From Octopus vulgaris (lineage: Eukaryota): a DNA stretch of 64,000 bases. The notes beneath the pieces were generated by a model. It had not been told where the DNA came from. It did not search any database and was given only the letters and a program-made list of their open reading frames with translations. The stretch covers positions 118,482,001 to 118,546,000 of the forward strand of contig OX597819.1 in assembly GCA_951406725.2 (NCBI GenBank). Direction: 5' to 3'. The translations under genes and the position numbers were made by a program. Positions 41,801 to 56,410 of the stretch are shown in pieces; position 1 is the first letter of the stretch; each line of letters starts with the position of its first letter.

Positions 41801-42129
41801 TTGCATCAATTTCATTAAGGTATGGAACAATCTATTTGCAATATGGTATCAACATTTTCGTGAAAAAATTCTGTAGCAGCTGTGAAGTATTGAAAATATT
41901 GTGATATATACCTCGCTTGGGATGATAATGTTGTTCTTGTTTGCGTTGTTAAATTAGAGTGTTTATATTTGGGCGCACACATAGCTACTGAGTACTCAAT
42001 GAATGTTTGAATCAGCTGTCATTGATATTTTCCTGCACTCTTATCATATCTTCTATCAACATCAGTTTTTGCGGAATAAACATAAGAAAACTGAAGGGTT
42101 TTCTCTTCTTTTCGTATTTATGTATCTGT

Positions 42130-43347
<1,218 letters not shown>

Positions 43348-43374
43348 CACCCAGCTAGTAGAAAAAGAGATTGT

Positions 43375-43688
43375 GGAGGCGCAATGGCCCAGTGGTTAGG
43401 GCAGCGGACTCGCGGTCATAGGATCGTGGTTTCGATTCCCAGACACGGCGTTGTGAGTGTTTATTGAGCGAAAACACCTAAAGCTCCACGAGGCTCCGGC
43501 AGGGGATGGTGGTGATCCCTGCTGTACTCTTTCACCACAACATTCTCTCACTCTTACTTCATATTTCTGTTGTACCTGTATTTCAAAGGGCCGGCCTTGT
43601 CACTCTCTGTGTCACGCTGAATATCCCCGAGAACTACGTTAAGGGTACACGTGTATGTGGAGTGCCTCAGCCACTTACACGTTAATTT

Positions 43689-43690
<2 letters not shown>
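43375..43690 (+). mobile_element. SINE family C, interrupted by (TA)n at 43691
   Basis: GGAGGCGCAATGGCCCAGTGGTTAGGGCAGCGGACTCGCGG head (tRNA-Arg-like), nearly identical to 62418. Confidence 0.92.
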
Positions 43691-43746
<56 letters not shown>

Positions 43747-44061
43747 AATGTTTTTATATATAATGAACGTGAAATACAGAGACACCGAATCATCATCGCA
43801 GGCTGTTCCGTCAGACTGATTCGGATCGAGATAGATGCCAACAGAATGAACCAGGTTGCAGGAAGAGAGAAAAGAGAGACAGAGAGAGGGAATCAAAGAG
43901 GGTCGTCAGTCGTAACCGACGCGGTAGCAAAGACAGTGTGATAGAAGTCGTGCATGGTTTAAAATTGGACAAACAAACGGGGGGTATAACGCAATAATTT
44001 AAGAATGAATGTTTTATATATAATGAACGTGAAATACAGGAAGGACGAACTCGGAACACAG

Positions 44062-44165
<104 letters not shown>

Positions 44166-44882
44166 TATATATATATAATGCAGATAGGGAAATAAATAAA
44201 TTGATAAACAGTATATAAAATATATAAAAGTAGGAATAACCTATTGACAGAAAGATAAGAAGGGAAGGATTTAAAAGAAAGACATTAAAATTTAAATTAA
44301 GGGAGAGTGTCGGGACAAGGGAAGGGTTTTTGAGTGAAAAGCACGTGTGGGCCTTTTCAGATTTACGGTTTTGTACTGACGAATACAGACACAGTGACAT
44401 ATCGCAACATGTGGTCAGAGACATGCATAGACAAGATATCTTATGCGAGTCTACTAAAGGAGGCCTTGATACAATCTACACCCAGCTTGTAGAAAAAGAG
44501 ATTGGTGTTTTCTCAACATAGTTTACTCAAATGACCTTTTAAACTTTCGTTGATACTTTGAGAGTTGTCCAGATGTTGTACCTGGCCGGACTGCTTAGGT
44601 GTTTTCGACAATTGCCTCCCAAAATGACACTGTTAGCAGCCACTAAGTGCATGTGAATGAATGTTTTTATATATAATGAAGCTGAGAGAAACGTTTGCCA
44701 CAGTACGACCGTTCACGAATGTCACATTTACTACTCACTTCAATATGGTTTCCACATCATATCAGGCCATTCTGAGACATTTGCAAACAAAGAAACTGTT
44801 TGTTTACTGTCGCTTTGCTTTACATTTTCCTAAGAGGATGGGTGTGGCTTTGCAAGTCATTGTAACAAGCATGCAGATTAAA

Positions 44883-44922
44883 ATAAATAATAATAATAAT
44901 AATAACAAAAACAATAATAATG

Positions 44923-45010
<88 letters not shown>

Positions 45011-45028
45011 TAATAATAATAATAATAA
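44883..45028. repeat. (AAT)n microsatellite
   Basis: Directly visible. Confidence 0.95.
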
Positions 45029-45029
45029 C

Positions 45030-45587
45030 AAATGCCCTAATGCAGTACAACACAGTGGTTATCATGGCTTCTGATCTTAACTGATTGGAAGCGTTATCAT
45101 ATATATAGATTTGTCTTGGTATAAAAGATGGGCTACAGCAAATATTCTGCTCAATACCACAGATTTGCTTGTCAGTTGTTTGACCTTAACCAGTTGACCA
45201 TATCCCTTAGTGGCTGACGATATGTGCATCTCTGATCATGAGTTGAAGTAGTGGGGGAGCATCATAGCCATATGTTGAAAGGAATTCTTAGAGGTTGAAA
45301 TGATTCACATTTGCAAACTTCGGGGGTTCGTTAAACATCCTTAAACAACCCTTATTCAGGGACCTTTTGAGCGGGATGGGCTACTCGACCAGAAGACAAT
45401 TCTAACTGAGCCCCACCTGCAAGGTCATGTGCTGTTTATCTTGATATGAGATCACCATGTCGCGCACATATGGCTGTGATGCATGTGCCTGATGTACACT
45501 TATCAGACGGGTAGTCATGATGGGTATACTTGGCTTCGTATATTTTACCCCAGTATCATTTTGATGGCATGCGCTGCTCTCTCACTC

Positions 45588-45588
<1 letters not shown>
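45030..45588. mobile_element. Unclassified non-coding interspersed element of about 560 bp embedded in (AAT)n
   Basis: Sharp boundaries with (AAT)n on both sides, higher GC, no ORF or TIR seen. Confidence 0.55.
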
Positions 45589-45625
<37 letters not shown>

Positions 45626-45635
45626 TAAAAATACA

Positions 45636-45683
<48 letters not shown>

Positions 45684-45684
<1 letters not shown>

Positions 45685-46078
45685 GGCGCAGGAGTGGCTG
45701 TGTAGTAAATAGCTTGTTTACCAACCACATGTTTCCGGGTTCAGTCCCACTACGTGGCGCCTTGCGCAGGTGTCTTCTACTATAGCCTCGGGCCGACCAA
45801 AGCCTTGTGAGTGGATTTGGTAGGCGGAAACTGAAAGAAGCCCGTCGTATATATGTATATATGTATGTATGTGTGTGTGTGTTTATCCTCCTAGCATTGC
45901 TTGACAACCGATGCTGGTGTGTTTACGTCCCCGTTACTTAGCGGTTCGGCAAAAGTGACCGATAGAATAAGTACTGGGCTTACAAAGAATAAGTCCCGTG
46001 GTCGATTTGCTCGAATAAAGGCGGTGCTCCAGCATGGCCGCAGTCAAATGACTGAAACAAGTAAAAGAGTAAAAGAGT
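45684..46078 (+). mobile_element. SINE family A, full length, inside an (AAT)n tract
   Basis: Head AGGCGCAGGAGTGGCTGTG, tail (AAAAGAGT)2. Confidence 0.92.
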
Positions 46079-46370
<292 letters not shown>

Positions 46371-47179
46371 ATTGGTGGATTGGCAACCGTAAGCAAAGAT
46401 AGAGACTATTAAATATTTGTGTGTACATACAGAATTCCGCCGATGGTAACATTGCCTTTCATCATTTTGTCTTATTTATTACTCTAGAAAACTTACCAGA
46501 TATAAGACCAAAGCTGAATCAAATCAATACTAAGAATAATGATGGTGATGATGATGGTCATGATGATGATGATGATGATGATCATCATCATCATCATCAT
46601 CATACTATCATCATCATCATCACGAGACGTAGAACAAAAATTAATGAATATAAAATATATATTTTGTGATAGAAAGTTTGAAACTTTAAAATGAAAGTAA
46701 TATAATTTATCTATATAGAAAATGGATTTGTTTTTTTTCATTTTTCCACCTGTTTGGTTAAAGTACCAAACATTTTCATACGAATCATATATTTGTTTTT
46801 TTTTCATTTTCACATCGCATACATACGTTCACGTACCCATATCACTTATAGAACTGGGCGTGCAAAAATTGTGAGTATACAGGCAAGTAAATTATCTTAT
46901 GCTTACATATATATGCAACTACATCTTTTCAAGTGCTACGGGTAGGCGTGTGAATATAAGATGTGCACAGGTTTCGTATTTCAATCTGTTTAAAGAAAAC
47001 CATGTAGACACACTAAAAGGAAAATAAATCGCGGACACATACTCCCACATACGTACATGGCGTCTGCAAACATGAGTCTAAAGAAATGAAAATAAATATA
47101 CAAACGTTCGCAAATGCACATTGTAATTCACGTGCTGCACAGATACATATATGCACTCGTGAGTACGCATGTATAGACG

Positions 47180-47215
<36 letters not shown>

Positions 47216-47317
47216 TATAAATATGTATGCATATATCTATGTGTATATATATATATATTTTTATGTACATTTACGTATATATATACGCGTATATATATGT
47301 GTGTGTGTGTAAATACG

Positions 47318-47351
<34 letters not shown>

Positions 47352-47567
47352 TGGATGTATGCATGTATACATGTATGTATAAATGTATACGAATATATAC
47401 ATAAATATATATATATAGTACATAAATATTTATAGATATGTATGTATATACATACATATAATACTAAAAGGGAATAAGAGAGAAAGAGAGATATAAAAAG
47501 CCCTCTCTCTCTATATATATATATATATAGATAGATAGATTTTTACATACACATACACTTTAATATA

Positions 47568-47627
<60 letters not shown>

Positions 47628-48178
47628 TGTGTACATGCATGTATGTCGATATGTGTATATGTATATCATAAAGAATTATTTTGACAAGAGATTATATATA
47701 TATGTATAGAAATAAATATATATTTATAAATAACTGATTTCTGCATATTCAACCGTCAACCACCAATATTCCATTGTCCGCCAAGAAAACAAGTCGTCTT
47801 ATTGGATTAGATTTCTTAAAGCATTCTTTTATACAACATAATGAAATCAAGATATACAGCATTGTTATAGAAAAGATCAAACAGATTGTTGAACTGAATA
47901 ACAAACTGGTCGATTCTGAAAATATCCGCCTTATGCAATGATACATCATTGACATTATCATGAAAGGCTTCCATTGTTGATCTATTTTACACACTCATGT
48001 ATTCATGTATATATGTATGTGTGTGCGTGGCGTGGGTATGATTATATACGTGTGTGGATGTGGGCCCGTATGCTACGTTTGCATATGTATGCGTGTGCAG
48101 TTTATATATATAATATATATATATTTATGTATATGTATATGTATATATATACACATACAAACACACAGACATACACAC

Positions 48179-48237
<59 letters not shown>

Positions 48238-48370
48238 TTGATTTCTCTTTAATAGTTTCATATTTATAATGTTATTTTAGCAAATAACCAGACACATTCA
48301 AGTAGACGTGCACTTACATATGCGAGTGTAAGAGTGCGCCCAAGTCTGTATGTATACATACATTTATATA

Positions 48371-48423
<53 letters not shown>

Positions 48424-49261
48424 GCACACATACATTCATGCAAACACACACAACCTTACACACACAGTTTTACATAATACCAATTGAAATTCAAACGTGT
48501 GTAATTAGAACATAAAATAAAAGTTCCTTTAAAGGAAATATCTGAAATGTTGTAAAAGATCTGAAGAAAATTTTGTTGTCAATAAATTGTACTTTTGATT
48601 CGACGTTTGCATTGTTTAACCTAAGGCTATTTGCATTGTCATTCGTTCTGAGCTACCAGTAGCGTCACATATATGCCAGTTTCTTATTTACAAAAGTGTA
48701 ATTCTCGTTTAAATTCAGTTTCCTTTATATATCGTCTATAAAAGCATAATAAACCTGTCTTTTTTCAATTTAAGTGTTAATTATATTGAAATATTTATGT
48801 TGTGCTTCTCTTTGTGTTTGTGCTTTATCCTTTTTGATGTTGCTATTCGTTAGCCCCAGTATAACACTTTTTTCCTCTCTTAACTATCTATAAATTATAA
48901 AGTTTATAATTGTGGTTTATTCCGTTGCTCTCTCGTTGCTCTTTCAACGTGACAGACTGACAAATTAGCTTCTGTATTGAATAATAAGAAAGCTCGTATT
49001 GTTAGGTAGGCTTTGAAATCTACGTAATTATATAAACAACTTTTTTCTTGCTATTGAAATAGCAGTACAACACAATTAAATTATGAGCTGTATGTGAAAA
49101 TTATACCTTTCTCTCCTTTTTTATTTTGAAGTAGGTTGCTCTCCACGATCGGTTAAAGTGATTTTCTATATACATCTAATTTGGTACTCTTGAATTTACT
49201 GCGTTATAATAACGTATTGGAGTTTAACGATGTATAATCAATGCTGTTCTGAATATGCGTA

Positions 49262-49315
<54 letters not shown>

Positions 49316-49679
49316 TCTCTCTCTCGTTCTCTTTCTCTGTATATATATATATATATATATATATGTTTGTATATATATATATATATAAATATCCATTGCA
49401 TGTAGTGCATACATTAAGATTCATAATTTCAGGCCTCATGTTTTGCGATGAGCATTCCAGAAGATTCAAGATTTAGTCAGAAGAATCAGTTATAGCTGCC
49501 TTAGCTCATTCTAACACGGGAATATCGTTATTATACAAATAATAAGCGGAACAGCCTACATTTTTGATTCCAGGTTCAAGGAGGTGGCTATAACAGCACT
49601 TTGAACAACTCCTACTAAACATCGCATGACTAGTTTTCAGAATGTAGCAAGGAACCGAAGACAATTTGTAACCTCTGAA

Positions 49680-50170
49680 AGCAATGAACTTATGCGTTAA
49701 TGTAGGCAAAAGCGTTAAAGAAACTTATCTGATGTTACAGACTGTTTATGAGTTGACTTGTATGTGTCGGGCATCTGTTTTTCGCAGGCGCAAGAGTCAG
49801 ACAAACTAGATCAACAGGGAAGCTCATGATGATCCCGTTTTTTGAGAGCAGAAGCATTATCTACATCGACTCGGTGCTCTCTGGTTAGATGGTGAAGATA
49901 GTGTACATTGTGGAGTTGCAAAAAGCCAGATCACTTCCATTCGGGTATTTGACAATGAAGTAGTCTACAATTCTATCTTGGTAACCAACCACATGTCAGA
50001 CATGGACATCAAACTATTCCTTGCCCTCCCTACTGTCCAGTTTGTTTCGTTGCACTCCAACGTGAAGGCTATAGTAAATGATGCTCTGGCAAGATCTCTG
50101 TACACTTTCATTTTGGAGGACTTCAACGGAACCTTCTATTGGATTAAGAAATTCTTTAAAAATATCAAAT
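49680..50170 (+). pseudogene. Internally deleted mariner transposase remnant
   Basis: AMNLCVNVGKSVKETYLMLQTVY (N-terminal HTH), GKLMMIPFFESRSIIY, LVTNHMSDMDIK and LEDFNGTF. Confidence 0.72.
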
Positions 50171-50210
50171 TTTACTGCTACGTGTCAAAATGATTAAGCA
50201 ATCATGTTTT

Positions 50211-50267
<57 letters not shown>

Positions 50268-50299
50268 TTAATGTGTAGGAGAGTGTCTCTGTATGCGCA

Positions 50300-50830
50300 A
50301 GTGTTTATATATATATACGCCCCCACCTTCCAATGGTCGGTGTTGAGTTGTCAAACATTTAAACCAAATTTTCTCAAAACAACTTGTCCGACCGTCCCAT
50401 AGGCCTCCCCTTTGAGAATAACTGATTTAACCTAAATTTGAGACACCAGCAAAAGAAGAAATATTGATAGTCTTTTTTCCTATTCCAAAGAAAAACGATT
50501 TTATTCACACAAATAGGCAACCGAAGAGTTTGAATTACCAGTAATGATAAGGCTGTTGACTGGGAAAACACAAACATAGTTTAAACAGTTTGCTTGGAAG
50601 GAAAGAAACGTGCCTTTAAGCAGTACAGAAACAACAAAAATTGGAAGGTGCAGTTATGTACAGGTTGACGGAAGAAAAGCAGGACAAAAATGGTTTTATC
50701 GATCGCATTCTCACCAGGAATCGATTTTTCTAATTTACCGTCGGTATATATATATCAAATTTGAGCGCAATCAAATGGAGGATGCCCGAGAACCGAGAAG
50801 ACACACAGACAGAACAGATTTTATATAAGA
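50300..50830 (-). mobile_element. Possible third non-autonomous Helitron family
   Basis: Minus-strand start A|TCTTATATAAAATCTGTTCTGTCTGTGTG has the same 5' layout as H1 and H2; 3' CTAG end not found. Confidence 0.4.
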
Positions 50831-50849
50831 TATATATATATATATATAT

Positions 50850-51148
50850 TCTTTTATGTGCTTCAGTCATTTGATTGCGGCCATGCTCTAGCACCGCCGT
50901 CAGTCGAGCAAATCGACCCCAGGACTTATTTTTTTAAAGCCCAGTAGTTATTCTCTTGATCTATTTTGCCTAACTGCCAAGTTAAGGAGACGTAAACACA
51001 CCAGCATCCGTTGTCTAGCGATGTTGTTGAGGGCTTTTGACAGAGAGTATAGTAGAGGACACTTGCCCAAGTTATCATGCAGTGTGGATGACACCGGAAC
51101 CAAGTGGTTGGTATGCAAGTTACTTACCTCAAAGACACTCCTGCACCT
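50850..51148 (-). mobile_element. SINE family A, diverged and internally deleted
   Basis: Homologous to the head and tail of 45684. Confidence 0.85.
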
Positions 51149-51377
51149 ATGTATAAATGTGTGTATGTATTCATAAATACATCATTTTATGCATATAAGT
51201 GTGTATAAATTCGAATATGTGTATATGTATGTGTCTACAATGACGCATGCAAAATGACCAAGTATATATATATATACATCCTCAATGTTTCTAAAAACAT
51301 TAATTAAAAGTATTACTTGAATATATTGCTTTTGAACAATAGCTTAAATACTATCGCAATTTTATGACTACTCAGCT

Positions 51378-51492
51378 AAGTCAACCGGAGCAACATGAAA
51401 TAAAGTGACTTGCTTAAGATCACGACACGTAGCCCGGTCCAGGAATCGAACTCACATCCTTACGATTATAAGTTTGACACTCAAACCACTAA
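51378..51492 (-). mobile_element. SINE family C-variant 5' fragment
   Basis: Minus strand TTAGTGGTTTGAGTG...GAGTTCGATTCCTGG...CACTTTATTTCATGTTGCTCCGG. Confidence 0.7.
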
Positions 51493-51845
51493 ACTCTGTG
51501 ATGGTGCATGGTTCAGTACACACACCCACACACAATCACACACGCACGCACACACAAACACATTGATAATGCATCCAGGCGTTGCCCGGGTGATAGGACC
51601 TATAGCTACATTGTATTATCCGTTTATTCACACGACGAGTATGAAGCGAACAAATCTTCTTTCTATACAGGAGTTTCAGTCATTTTGTAATGAACAATAC
51701 AGACATTTTTGACACCAAAAACATGTGGAATACAGCTTAGATTTGAATGAAATCCTAAGAATACCCCCTCCCCATACATATATATAATATTATTTATTTA
51801 ATCAATTGACCGTGATCTATTCATTCCCAAGCAAGTTTATCTTCA

Positions 51846-51894
<49 letters not shown>

Positions 51895-53273
51895 AGATTA
51901 AAGCGAATAGGTACTTAAATAGTAAAGCACCAGGGTGTGTATAATTATATACTCAAATAATGATATAGATTGTTTTTGTCACTTAAACATAATATCTACT
52001 ATATATATATGAAATCAATATATCGATATAAATACTTAGTGTGAGAGCCCGTATGTCTGTTGCATATGCATATGAAGGTACGGATGATAGCGAGTATGAG
52101 AACATTCATCTGATATGAATCTATGTATATGCTGGTGCCGTTATCAATGGTCACGATTTATATTTCTGTCTTTGTAACTCAACCGTGCGTGAATTTCCAA
52201 GAATCCATACTACTTTTGTATCACCTGACTCCCTCTACTAAAATAAATTCATTGTCTTTAACAAACATGTCCCCCTATCTCGATAGTAAAACCTATATTT
52301 ATCTTTCTCCGTTTTCTCTATTATTTGCATTCTATTTATTTGGCTAGTCATGCATTTGTCTCTCCTTCACTATTTTCTTCTGACATATTTATACACTTAC
52401 TACAGAATGGTCAGTGAAATTTTGGAGGCCACATCCCCATGATAAGCGTATCTTTCTTAGCCTATCTTTTATTAATTCATTTTATTGTATTTACTTCATT
52501 TTATTGTATTCGTTGCTGAATCTTTATTTATGTTCTCTCATCGCTTCACTCACGTACTTTACGTATGGTAATTCTAGTATTGAAAAAGTGAAATCGACTG
52601 AATACATTTATATTCTGTGACTATAGAATGAAACTTTTCTGGCTTTTTTTTTAGTTGTTGTTTATAGCAGACTCTACAATTTTAACCTTCCATGAAATGT
52701 TCTGAAATGTAGTCCATTCGTTGTGTTACAGCACAGTTATAGTTGTAGATGTATACAGGAACACACAAACACATGCACACACACACAAACAAACTCATAC
52801 AAACACACACAAATACACGCACATACATGCATACACATGTATATATACATATAGACCTGTGTATATGTTTGCATATAGGTGTATTTAGCGTATTTTAGTT
52901 ATAAACCTCATAAAATGCGTTTAAAGGCTCCTATGCAGTAATGAGGATAACACGTTATTATTCATCAGGGTATTTCCAGGAACGGTTATACATGCAGAAC
53001 ACCATCCTGCATAGGATTAATGTAATAATAGTATTATAACAAGGACAAATTATTAAGGATAATGTTACATAATGTTATACGAATATGAGCTCGGTAAATT
53101 AAATCTGATGAAGGGTGCAGAAACGTACGGTGTCATTCACTGTTACAGCCTGTTAATTTCCGTCCCCTGGCAAATGCTTTTCATCATCATCATCATCTTC
53201 TTCTTCATGGTTATTGTTGTTGTTGTTATTATTATTATTATTATTATTACTATTATTATTATTATTATTATTA

Positions 53274-53353
<80 letters not shown>

Positions 53354-53692
53354 GGAGGCACAATGGCCCAGTGGTTAGGGCAGCGAACTCGCGGTCGTAG
53401 GATCACGGTTTCGATTCCCAGACCGGGCGTTGTCAGTGTTTATTGAGCGAAAACACCCCATACTCAACGACGCTCTGACAGGGATGGTGGTGATCCCTGT
53501 ATTTCAAAGTACCTGTATTTCAAAGGGCCGGCCTTGTCACTCTCTGTGTCATGCTGAATATCCCCGAGAACTACGTTAAGGGTACACGTGTCTGTGGAGT
53601 GCTCAGCCACATACACGTTAATTTCACGAGCAGGCTGTTCCGTTGATTCGGATCAACCGGAACCCTCGTCGTCGTAACCGACGGAGTGCTTC

Positions 53693-53693
<1 letters not shown>
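53354..53693 (+). mobile_element. SINE family C inserted in an (ATT)n tract
   Basis: Homologous to 62418 with an internal deletion; (ATT)n on both sides (about 53225-53353 and 53694-53769). Confidence 0.92.
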
Positions 53694-53773
<80 letters not shown>

Positions 53774-53976
53774 TTTCATTATTATTGTATATGTATATAC
53801 TTATGTACATATAAATATACGTACAAAAATTCATATATATATATGCATGTATGTTTGTATATATGTATGTATGTGTATAATAGAATAATATAAGAAGTTC
53901 TTGGTACAGTATAATATATTTGAAAAAATGCGTGGACATGTCTTTTGTGGAGATAATACTTATTTTAATGATAATG

Positions 53977-54031
53977 TTTACAGTTACTCTAATGAGTTTC
54001 GAGCTCCAAGATAGCCGTTTTCAAACTGAAA
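53977..54031 (-). ncRNA. Type I hammerhead-like motif, U3-A8 core variant
   Basis: Minus strand CAGT-TTGAAAA-CGGCT(ATCTTGG)AGCTC-GAAA-CTC(ATTA)GAG-TA-ACTG; stems I and III pair; C-C mismatch at the base of stem II. Confidence 0.6.
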
Positions 54032-54612
54032 TTCACTGGTTTAGCAGGTCGCTTATGTAGCAAAATGTTTTTTCTTACATGTATACAAATAAAAACAAAA
54101 CAATAGAACATAAAAGATAGAAAATAAAGAATAAAAAACTAATATCAAAAATGATCACATGAATTTATAAATAAAACGAAATATAAAAAAAAGAAGAAAA
54201 GAAAAAGAAAGAAAGGAAAAGAGAAAAAGGAAAAGTAAGGTGAAAGGTAAGAAGAAAAAACAAATTTGAAATGGTAGTGAGAAGAGATTAGTTTATCAGG
54301 AACAGAGGAATGGAATGTTTTTAGGAGTGGCCAAAAACTTTGTTGAGTTTTCGTCAAAAGATGACCTTTTGATGTGAGGTCATTTTATTCATTTTCTCAG
54401 TAGCTATGGTGTGCCCTTATATAGTCACATATACACACACATACATACATCCATATACACATACATACTCAAACATCCACACATGTACACACGCGTATAG
54501 ACATACATTCACACGCACACACACAAAACTCACATATTATTACATGTTTATATATGTATACATATACATAAATATCCATACTTACACATATACACACACA
54601 CTAACAAACACT

Positions 54613-54672
<60 letters not shown>

Positions 54673-54753
54673 TATATACACACATATATATACATATACA
54701 TTAATATATGTACACATGCATATGAGTTCACACATACACACGTAAGAGGGTGT

Positions 54754-55640
54754 GGATCTTTTCAATTCTGAAGCCAGGACCACAGATCTTTCTACTTAAC
54801 TAAATATTCTGAAACTTCGTATGCTGATAGAGTCTAGCAAAACAAGACACAGGTTGGAACTAGTTTATTTGAGAAAAATCTATTTTATGACTTTAATCGT
54901 AGATTAAAACTGCGAATTTTAACCAATCAGATTGTTTGTTTTCATGTGTAAAACTTGACTGCATTCTATTAGTGTGACGTAGAAAGCGCTTTTGTGACGT
55001 ACTAACGTTCGGAAAACTGTAAACAAACACAGAACGTAACGGCAGACGAAATACGGCTACGCATTTCGCCCGGCGTGCTAACGTTTCTGCCAGCTCTTTG
55101 CTTTTTTAATATTAAATTCTTGCCTTTTGCACAAATAAATACAATAAGTGAAATGAAACGCATTAGCTTAGAAACGAAATCTTGTTAGAAGCCTCGTCAC
55201 TGAGATGCCACTTCTTAATAGCAAACGAAAGCAAGTACTAACAGAATGGAAACATTTTCAATTTAATACATGTGGCTTATTAACTAGTTTTAAATATTGT
55301 TATTAGAAGGTGGCTGACTATAGGATCCTGGAAACAATAGTACGTTAAATAATTAGAAGGAGATTTCACGGAGTCATGCGGCTTGTTTACATTTAAGATG
55401 TTTAATACGTCACCAAATTGGTGGTCGAGACGGAGTAAATAAAATAAAGCCGAATGACGGAATATCATTGGTTAAAATTCTAATTATTAAACAACGTTAA
55501 ACTTAGAAGTTACAATTCCGTTTTCATTCTGGTTTACAATTAAGTTTACTTTTGACACATTCTACCAGTATACGAAGTCTCAAATTGTTTGGTTCAGTAG
55601 GAAAAATTTGAAAAAACTGGCTTCAGAATTGAAAAGATCC
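54754..55640. mobile_element. Non-autonomous DNA transposon (MITE), Merlin-like
   Basis: Perfect 24-bp TIRs GGATCTTTTCAATTCTGAAGCCAG (54754-54777, 55617-55640) and perfect 8-bp TSD GAGGGTGT; further subterminal inverted matches. Confidence 0.88.
55030..55102 (-). mobile_element. SINE family B head fragment nested in the MITE
   Basis: GAGCTGGCAGAAACGTTAGCACGCCGGGCGAAATGCGTAGCCGTATTTCGTCTGCC on the minus strand. Confidence 0.85.
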
Positions 55641-55984
55641 GAGGGTGTATATCCATAAAACTTATACACCCATATTTTATATACTTACATAACTGCACAC
55701 ACATATGCATACACACACACATCTAAAGATATTTCCACACATCTATGCACATGCGTATATAATATAGTACAAAAGGGAGTGTATACTCAAATCAGGTCGA
55801 TGTGTCATCAAAAAGCAATATTAGATCTCTTAGTCTCAAGGTTCACAGATGAATTTAACTTCATAGCAAGTAGAGAAGGCAGAGTTGTCTGACTGTCTGA
55901 TGCATCGGATATCAAGTTTTCAAGAAAATTTTTAGTGATGTAAAAGCTCTTTGTTGTAAAATCAACTGGTGGTATCCCAGCATG

Positions 55985-56410
55985 GTCACAGTTACTATGG
56001 CAACAGTCCGGATACTTATTGATCAGAAGATGTGCTGATTAGCTACGATTCTGCTCAATTTATTATTACTTAAGATTTGAATATGAGACGCGTGTCTGCC
56101 ATGTTTGTGCCAAAACGGCTTTCAGCTGAGCAAAAAGTAATCGGCTTTCTGTTGCACACAATATTTTAGTTTGTGTAGAAAACGATGAAAACTTTTTGAA
56201 AACTTTGCAGCTATTGCCAAGCTTTCGCCGAAATTTCATGCAAATTCTCTGCTCAACTTACTCTGTCATGTTCAATGCTATACATGTACCTTCCAAGCAC
56301 AGTGGTAAACAGCGCTGTTCACCATCAATTTGTGAAAAAATTCTTCACATCACAAACTGTAGCCTCGTTACTATGTCAACAGTCCGGATACTTATTCATC
56401 AGAGCACCTA
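55985..56410 (+). pseudogene. Rearranged mariner remnant
   Basis: DLNMRRVSAMFVPKRLSAEQK resembles DL.MRRV.AKFVPR.L..EQK; GTTACTATG.CAACAGTCCGGATACTTATT.ATCAG occurs twice. Confidence 0.65.

Noticed and set aside
47749-47930. Plus-strand open stretch loosely like a GIY-YIG C-terminus
   Set aside because: Similarity is too weak to support without a search
53105-53135. CTGATGA...GAAAC hammerhead-like spacing
   Set aside because: The intervening AGGGTGCA cannot form stem II and there is no convincing stem I
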